Origin: Chitinophaga pinensis
Lineage (GTDB): Bacteria; Bacteroidota; Bacteroidia; NS11-12g; UBA9320
NCBI GenBank assembly: GCA_945907065.1
Contig: CAMDSC010000006.1
Span: 9,111-73,110, forward strand
Length of the DNA stretch: 64,000 nucleotides
Direction: 5' to 3'
Both the position numbers and the translations under genes were made by a program. How positions within the stretch are numbered: the stretch's first letter is position 1; each line of letters starts with the position of its first letter. The notes below the pieces were generated by a model, which saw only the letters and a list, made by a program, of their open reading frames with translations, was not told the DNA's origin and searched no databases. Of the stretch, positions 58,282 to 64,000 are shown piece by piece.

Positions 58282-61185
58282 ATGTTTTTTAGTATTTGTA
58301 TAAAAGCAAGTAATGAAAAGCAAAAGGTTCTTAAATCCTTTAATTTTAAATTATACTATACTGAAGGTGGTGAAAAACTTGCAAGGCAACTAATAAATGA
58401 AGCTGAAAATAGTCTTGAATCTATTGAAAATTTTTTAGGTGCTCGGTTGGTTGAACAGATTGATATTTTATTATCTGAATCTCCAATTGTTGAAGAAAAT
58501 AAAGTGCCTCAGCGTAATGGAAACATAATTCTTGACAACTCTTCCATATATCTTTATTACTGTGGTAATACCAAAACTGTAACTTTAAAACTTAAAGAGC
58601 GATTGGCTGAAATATTAATAAACGGAATGCTGTATGGTAATACTGTAAAGGAACGCCTTAAAAACAATCGTGAAATAAATGTGCCAGATTGGTATGTTTC
58701 GGGTTTGGCTAAATATGTGTCGGGTAATAAAGCATCTAATACCAGTTGGATGGCCGATTATTATGAAGGTAAATTAAAACTAAATCTTAATTTAACGGAT
58801 AAAAATGAATTGGCTGAATTTGGGCATTCTGTATTCAATCATATAAATGATTCGTTTGGAATTAATAAATTGAGGCAGATATTGTTTTATACCAAGATAT
58901 CGGGAAAAACGGATTATGCATTTCAATATGTTTTAAATAAAAGCCTTAATTGGGTTATTGCAGATTGGTTTAAACTAGAAAAGGAAAAGTATTTAAAAGA
59001 AAGCAATAAACGATTGCCAAATGATCCTGAACCTATTTCCAATAAATTGAAAACTGCGGATTTGATTGATATTAAATTTTCTAAAGATGGGAATGAACTC
59101 AATTTTTTGATACAAACCTTTAAGGGGATTGAATTATGGAACTATGATATTAGTAGCCATAAATCGATAAAAATATTTAAAGCTGTTTCAGTTAATAAAA
59201 AAACACTTTGGGCTTTTGAGCAATTTAATAACAAATACATACTTACCAAAAGCAATGGTTATAAAAGTGATTTGATGGTAATTGATAATGGTAAAGTTGA
59301 AAGAACATTAAAATTGGACTTTAATTATATTTTATCCATCAAAGCACATCCTGTTTCAGGTTTAGCAATCTTGGCACAAACTAATTATCAAATTGATGTT
59401 TTTCAATTACAATTGAATGAGCCTCTGCAATTGATTAATTTAACAGATAATTTATTGGAAGAAACTGATTTTACATTTTCAAAAAATGGTAATCTTATTA
59501 TATCATTTACCGATAATAAAAATTTTAGAATTAAAAATACTAAGCTTGGACAAAATATTTATATTTCTACAAATCCAATGTATAAGTTAAATTTATATAA
59601 AAATAATTATTTGTCGTTTATTCAGTCTGGAAGTGATAAAAACACTGGAATAATAGTGAATATGGATGATACAAGCCAAACATATCAAGTAACTAATTAT
59701 ACCCGATCTGTTATTCATTATGATTATAATTCTATAACCAATAAAGTGGTGGAAGAATTAAAATATGGCAAGATAAATTATTTTGTAATTTCTGAAGCCT
59801 CAATTGATAGTGTTAAAACTAAGAACAAGGCTACTACCAATATTTTTAAAATTGAACCTCAAAAAACAGAACTTGATACTTCTGCAAAATCTATATTTTC
59901 CTATAAATTTATTACTGGTTTTGAATATAAAACTAAGAAAACTGTAAATACTAATTTACAAATAATTAGAGAAAATATAACGCAACCCAAAGTAAAAGAA
60001 TATTTGGCTCCTCAATATGAATTTAAGCCGAGTGTTATAAGATTTGGATATACAAACTCTCAATTTAATTCGCCATTTTTTGCAAATTTTTTTCCAATAG
60101 GAGCTGGGCTTAATAATGGAGCTAATATTATTGTAGGTTGCAAAATATCAGATGTTTTTAAAAAGTACTCTCTTACTGCCAATATAAGACAACCATTAAA
60201 TGGTAAAGGAACAGATTTAGATTTTTTAATTAGGGCCAATAATACAAGCCTTTCCTATGGGATTTTTATGTTCAATTCTATTTATCAAAAAGAACTTTAT
60301 AATCAGTCCCAAAAAATTACAGCTAAAGATATAAAGTTTTTTATAAAAGTAAATTGGCATCCTCAATTTACCACAACTACTAATATTGGGTATAGGGCAG
60401 ATATACTATTTCCTTTATCTATAAGTGCCGAAAATTTGAGAAAGGATATTACGAAACTCCGTCAACCGTATATTCAAAATACCTTTAATGGGATTATTTG
60501 GAATAAATCAAAGCTTAATTATTCTCAAAATCTATCGGCTGTTTTTAACTTTTTAGTTTTTAAACCTCTCAACAAATCTGGAGTTAATACAAATCTGTAT
60601 TTTAATTTAAAATTTGATCAAACTTTTTTTAGAATCTTTCGTTTAAGCACTCGATTTAACTTGCAAAGTTCGGTTGGTAAACAAAAGACTGTTTGGCTTA
60701 TGGGAGGAGTTTCCAATTGGTTGAGGCCTGTTTTAGCTAACGCTTCGGTCTTTAATACTGATAAAATAGGGTTGTATTCATCGATGGATGATTTTGCAGG
60801 ACTTCCTTATAATTACAAGGCCGGCACATCGGCGGGGATTGCTAAAATGATTCTCTCAATTCCTATTAATCCTATTATTTCTCAGCAAAATTTTAATCAG
60901 AATTTCTTTAAATATTTAACAATCAGGTCTTATGTAAATTTGGGGACTGCTTGGTTTGGGCAAAATCCTTTTTCAATTACCAATCCTGAAAATAAGGATA
61001 TATATGAAACCGGAAGTATTACTATTACTAATTATGTGGCCAAAAACCCTCTGGTATGGAGTTGGGGGGCAGGAGCTAATTCTGTTCTATTTGGTTATGA
61101 AATAGGTTTTGATTATGCAATTGGTTACAATGAACGTGGGCAAATAGGAAAGTTTTGGTATTTAACGGTAGGTAAAGAGTTTTAA
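58282..61185 (+). CDS. Large hypothetical protein (~967 aa) with no recognisable catalytic motif
   Basis: A long uninterrupted ORF with Asn/Lys/Ile-rich composition and no obvious signal peptide. It has an N-terminal alpha-helical-looking ~230 aa, a central region with repeated beta-strand-like segments, and a C-terminal ~400 aa with alternating aromatic/polar strands ending …FWYLTVGKEF. The track ORF begins at TTG 58273. Confidence 0.5.
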   Translation: MFFSICIKASNEKQKVLKSFNFKLYYTEGGEKLARQLINEAENSLESIENFLGARLVEQIDILLSESPIVEENKVPQRNGNIILDNSSIYLYYCGNTKTVTLKLKERLAEILINGMLYGNTVKERLKNNREINVPDWYVSGLAKYVSGNKASNTSWMADYYEGKLKLNLNLTDKNELAEFGHSVFNHINDSFGINKLRQILFYTKISGKTDYAFQYVLNKSLNWVIADWFKLEKEKYLKESNKRLPNDPEPISNKLKTADLIDIKFSKDGNELNFLIQTFKGIELWNYDISSHKSIKIFKAVSVNKKTLWAFEQFNNKYILTKSNGYKSDLMVIDNGKVERTLKLDFNYILSIKAHPVSGLAILAQTNYQIDVFQLQLNEPLQLINLTDNLLEETDFTFSKNGNLIISFTDNKNFRIKNTKLGQNIYISTNPMYKLNLYKNNYLSFIQSGSDKNTGIIVNMDDTSQTYQVTNYTRSVIHYDYNSITNKVVEELKYGKINYFVISEASIDSVKTKNKATTNIFKIEPQKTELDTSAKSIFSYKFITGFEYKTKKTVNTNLQIIRENITQPKVKEYLAPQYEFKPSVIRFGYTNSQFNSPFFANFFPIGAGLNNGANIIVGCKISDVFKKYSLTANIRQPLNGKGTDLDFLIRANNTSLSYGIFMFNSIYQKELYNQSQKITAKDIKFFIKVNWHPQFTTTTNIGYRADILFPLSISAENLRKDITKLRQPYIQNTFNGIIWNKSKLNYSQNLSAVFNFLVFKPLNKSGVNTNLYFNLKFDQTFFRIFRLSTRFNLQSSVGKQKTVWLMGGVSNWLRPVLANASVFNTDKIGLYSSMDDFAGLPYNYKAGTSAGIAKMILSIPINPIISQQNFNQNFFKYLTIRSYVNLGTAWFGQNPFSITNPENKDIYETGSITITNYVAKNPLVWSWGAGANSVLFGYEIGFDYAIGYNERGQIGKFWYLTVGKEF

Positions 61186-61188
61186 AAT

Positions 61189-61248
61189 AATGGTTAATAA
61201 TAAATGGTTAATTGTAAATTAAAGATTAACCATTAACACTTAACCATT
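61189..61248. repeat. Nested composite palindrome (two direct aatggttaat copies followed by two inverted attaaccatt copies)
   Basis: Direct copies lie at 61189..61198 and 61203..61212, and inverted copies at 61225..61234 and 61239..61248. Both pairs are centred on the same axis (~61218.5). The element starts 4 nt after the upstream stop, about 25 nt before the ftcD ATG. Confidence 0.55.
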
Positions 61249-61271
61249 CAAACATTAAATTTGCACCCGTT

Positions 61272-62963
61272 ATGTCAAATCTCCCAATCATAGAGTGTGT
61301 GCCAAATTTTAGTGAAGGCCGCAACTTACAAATCATAAAACAAATTACAGATGTTATTGAAGCCGTTGAAGGAGTAACTCTTTTGGATGTAGATCCAGGA
61401 AAAGCTACCAATCGCACGGTTGTCACGTTTGTTGGCCATCCTGAAGATGTTATCGAAGCAGCTTTTCAGGCCATAGTAAAAGCCGGGGAATTAATAGATA
61501 TGCGACAGCATAAAGGTGAACATCCCCGAATGGGAGCAACCGATGTTTGTCCATTGGTTCCTGTAAGTGGAATAAGTATGGAGGAAACCGCCAAATATGC
61601 CCAAAAGTTAGCAGAACGAGTTGGTAAGCATACCGATATCCCTGTTTACTTATACGGTTACGCACAACCCAAAAGTACCAGAAATGATTTATCAATAATT
61701 AGGGCTGGTGAATACGAAGGTTTTCCGGAAAAAATAAAACAACCTGAATGGAAACCGGACTTTGGGCCAACAATTTTTAATACCAAAAAAGGCGCAACGG
61801 TAATAGGCGCGAGGGATTTTTTGATAGCGTATAATATTAACCTTAATACCAAAAGTACCCGTATTGCCAATCGCATAGCGTTTGATGTAAGGGAAGCAGG
61901 AAGGATAAAACGTATTGGTAATCCAATAAGCGGTGAAATAGCTTTGGATGAAACAGGAGAGCCTATTCGCATCCCTGGGAAATGCAAAGAGGTGAAAGCC
62001 ATTGGCTGGTATATTGACGAATATGGTGTGGCTCAAATTTCAGCCAACCTTACCAATTATAATGTAACACCAGTTCATGTTTTTTTTGATGAAGTAAACG
62101 AGAGTGCTCTTTCGCGCGGGGTAAGGGTTACCGGAAGTGAGTTGGTAGGATTGGTTCCATTAAATGCGATGCTGGATGCCGGAAAGCATTATTTAGCAAA
62201 ACAAGAGCGAAGTGTTGGAGTATCGGAAAAAGAATTGATAGAGATTGCTATAAAATCTTTGGGATTGGATGAATTGGTGCCGTTTGACCCTAACAAAAAA
62301 ATAATAGAATATCAAATGAGAAGTACTTCTAAAAAATTGGTGGACATGACTTGTAGTGATTTTGCTGATATTACTGCCAGTGAAAGTACTGCACCGGGCG
62401 GCGGTTCTATTGCAGCTTATACAGGTGCCTTGGGAGCTGCATTAGCCACCATGGTAGCCAATGTGAGTGCCAATAAAAAAGGCTGGGAAGACCGCTGGGA
62501 ATATTTTAGCAACATAGCCGAAAAAGGCCAGGTATTAAAGGTGGAATTGCTAAGATTAGTGGATGAAGATACCAACGCCTTTGCCGGAATAATGGAAGCC
62601 TTTAAATTACCAAAAACCAATGCAGAAGAAATTACCCTTCGCAAAGCTGCCATTGAAGCGGCTTCGTTATATGCCACACAAATTCCTTTGCTAACCATGA
62701 AAGTAGCCCACAAAATATTGGAAATAGCCAAAGAAATGATTGAAAACGGAAACCAAAACACCTTATCCGACGGGGCTGCCGGAGTATTGTGCAATAAAAC
62801 CGCCGTACAGGCTGCCTATTATAATGTGAAGATAAATGCCAAAGGATTAACGAATCAAACTATGGCTCGACAATTAGCTGATGAAGCCAAAGCCTTGTTG
62901 GAGAAAAACCATAAAGAAGCGGATGAGTTATTGGGGATAGTGGAGAAGGGGATTGGGTTTTAG
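61272..62963 (+). CDS. ftcD: Bifunctional glutamate formimidoyltransferase / formimidoyltetrahydrofolate cyclodeaminase
   Basis: N-terminal formiminotransferase domain (IIECVPNFSEGRN…), C-terminal cyclodeaminase domain and 563 aa, giving a mammalian-FTCD-like fused architecture. Confidence 0.8.
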   Translation: MSNLPIIECVPNFSEGRNLQIIKQITDVIEAVEGVTLLDVDPGKATNRTVVTFVGHPEDVIEAAFQAIVKAGELIDMRQHKGEHPRMGATDVCPLVPVSGISMEETAKYAQKLAERVGKHTDIPVYLYGYAQPKSTRNDLSIIRAGEYEGFPEKIKQPEWKPDFGPTIFNTKKGATVIGARDFLIAYNINLNTKSTRIANRIAFDVREAGRIKRIGNPISGEIALDETGEPIRIPGKCKEVKAIGWYIDEYGVAQISANLTNYNVTPVHVFFDEVNESALSRGVRVTGSELVGLVPLNAMLDAGKHYLAKQERSVGVSEKELIEIAIKSLGLDELVPFDPNKKIIEYQMRSTSKKLVDMTCSDFADITASESTAPGGGSIAAYTGALGAALATMVANVSANKKGWEDRWEYFSNIAEKGQVLKVELLRLVDEDTNAFAGIMEAFKLPKTNAEEITLRKAAIEAASLYATQIPLLTMKVAHKILEIAKEMIENGNQNTLSDGAAGVLCNKTAVQAAYYNVKINAKGLTNQTMARQLADEAKALLEKNHKEADELLGIVEKGIGF

Positions 62964-63088
62964 TATTTTAATAAATTGTTAGAGCCAAAATAACAAAAAA
63001 CCTGAATTTAATAACAAACTACCCTTATTCAGAACATTCGTTTTGATATTATTTATTTTGAAATTCTATTTGAATCAAAATAAATCAA

Positions 63089-63964
63089 ATGTTAAGTCAA
63101 GATTGTTTTATTAGAATTTATTTACAAAGATTATTTATTCTAATAATTGCCTTTATTATCATTGGTTCGGCTTTTTCTCAAACAGCCAAAAAATCAAATC
63201 CAGATAGCCTTGTTCCTTATAGAATTGGAGCAAAATGGGGCTTTTCCGATGTAAATGGAAAAATAATAATCAAGCCGGAATATCAATCCGTTTCTTTTTT
63301 TTATAATAAACTTGCAATAGTTCAAAAACATAATCATTATTATCTAATAGATTCTAAAAATAGGAAGGCTTCTAAAAAGAAATTTTCTGAAGCGAGTTTA
63401 AGTGAAAATTGTTTTGGACGTAAGTGTTATGAAGTAAAAGAAAAAAATAATGCTTACAATTTAGATGTGAATGGGAATAGAACGGATGAAGGTTGCGGTT
63501 GTATGATAGATATGCAATCAAATCAATATGATTATTTGGATCATCCACTTACAAAAGATACAATTATTGAAGATGCTAAGCTTGAATATTTTGCAAACGA
63601 TCCTAAAAAAATAATATATGGTGAGGCAATATTTCCGGTTTTTAATAAAGGCTTTGATGATTATTTCATTATTGAAAACGAGCAATTATATGGCCTTATA
63701 TATAATGATGGAATTAAAATAAAACAAGTATTTGAAGCAAACTTGGAAGGAATAGATTTTTACAAGACCGCCACAGGAAAAAAACGTTTTATAGTTACTA
63801 AAGACGAAAAATCTGCCGTATACAGCGAAACTGAAAATCTTATTCCCTATAAGTATAAATCAATAGCTGCAGTTGATTTAAGAGAAAATATGCTTTGGGT
63901 TGAAACTGAAAGTAATCATAGCGGTTTTGTAAACGTAAACGGTTTTGAATATTTTAAAGATTAG
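63089..63964 (+). CDS. WG-repeat (KWG) containing secreted protein
   Basis: A signal/transmembrane N-terminus and a YRIGAKWGFSDVNGKIIIKPEYQSV WG-repeat unit, with further degenerate repeats. Confidence 0.55.
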   Translation: MLSQDCFIRIYLQRLFILIIAFIIIGSAFSQTAKKSNPDSLVPYRIGAKWGFSDVNGKIIIKPEYQSVSFFYNKLAIVQKHNHYYLIDSKNRKASKKKFSEASLSENCFGRKCYEVKEKNNAYNLDVNGNRTDEGCGCMIDMQSNQYDYLDHPLTKDTIIEDAKLEYFANDPKKIIYGEAIFPVFNKGFDDYFIIENEQLYGLIYNDGIKIKQVFEANLEGIDFYKTATGKKRFIVTKDEKSAVYSETENLIPYKYKSIAAVDLRENMLWVETESNHSGFVNVNGFEYFKD

Positions 63965-64000
63965 TTTATTTTAATAAACTCGATATTCTGCTTAAATTGT

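Noticed and set aside
61658-62794. Three minus-strand ORFs (114, 114 and 125 aa) inside ftcD
   Set aside because: They are antisense to a clearly recognisable 563-aa enzyme gene and have no motifs.
63040-63090. AT-only inverted repeat (atttattttg … caaaataaat) between ftcD and the WG-repeat gene
   Set aside because: The stem is A/T-only, which is expected by chance in such AT-rich spacers, so I did not consider it a reliable terminator call.
1-64000. Scanned for CRISPR arrays, IS elements or transposases, integrases, toxin-antitoxin pairs and known defence-system hallmarks (Walker-A NTPase plus nuclease pairs, reverse transcriptases, cyclase/effector pairs)
   Set aside because: I could not see any. 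There are no regularly spaced direct repeats, no transposase or integrase-like ORFs and no short-gene pairs with defence signatures. The window reads as conserved chromosomal backbone, and the candidate novelty lies in the transport and metabolic loci rather than in mobile or defence elements.

Overview
This window is an AT-rich chromosomal segment that looks like an aerobic member of the Bacteroidota. Supporting signs are a SusC/SusD pair, three proteins with type IX secretion C-terminal sorting domains, a fused LpxC/FabZ gene and a complete alternative complex III (actABCDEF) operon. I call about 50 protein-coding genes and see no rRNA, tRNA, CRISPR array, transposase, integrase or recognisable defence system. 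Most genes are housekeeping: dnaN, lpxD, lpxC/fabZ, lpxA, trxB, topA, recN, smpB, rlmF, fadD, ppa, rocD, ftcD and a 2-oxo-acid dehydrogenase E2.

The region that looks most like a previously undescribed system is a six-gene minus-strand operon at 84..11033. It runs SusC, SusD, a beta-propeller fused to a PLC/AcpA-type phosphoesterase, a second TonB-dependent receptor, a PhnZ-like HD-domain protein and a PhnX-like phosphonatase-family HAD hydrolase. That architecture suggests a locus dedicated to scavenging organophosphorus or phosphonate compounds rather than glycans.

A second notable cluster at 29146..35423 carries two paralogous HmuY-like proteins (one a lipoprotein, one with a type IX secretion tail) flanking a TonB-dependent receptor, plus a small Rieske-type protein with a Tat-like signal and an outer-membrane beta-barrel.

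Other points worth a second look are:
- the lipid A genes packed in one tight operon with a short ABC ATPase, an unusually long LptF/G-type permease and a glycosyltransferase;
- a 12-bp hairpin immediately after susD;
- a GC-rich hairpin island in an AT-rich spacer;
- a perfectly symmetric bidirectional terminator after trxB;
- a 60-nt nested palindrome between a 970-aa hypothetical protein and ftcD.

Several ORFs in the supplied track begin at TTG and appear to be N-terminally over-extended; I give corrected ATG starts where I could read them. All functional calls rest on motifs I recognise by eye, and none has been confirmed by a search.
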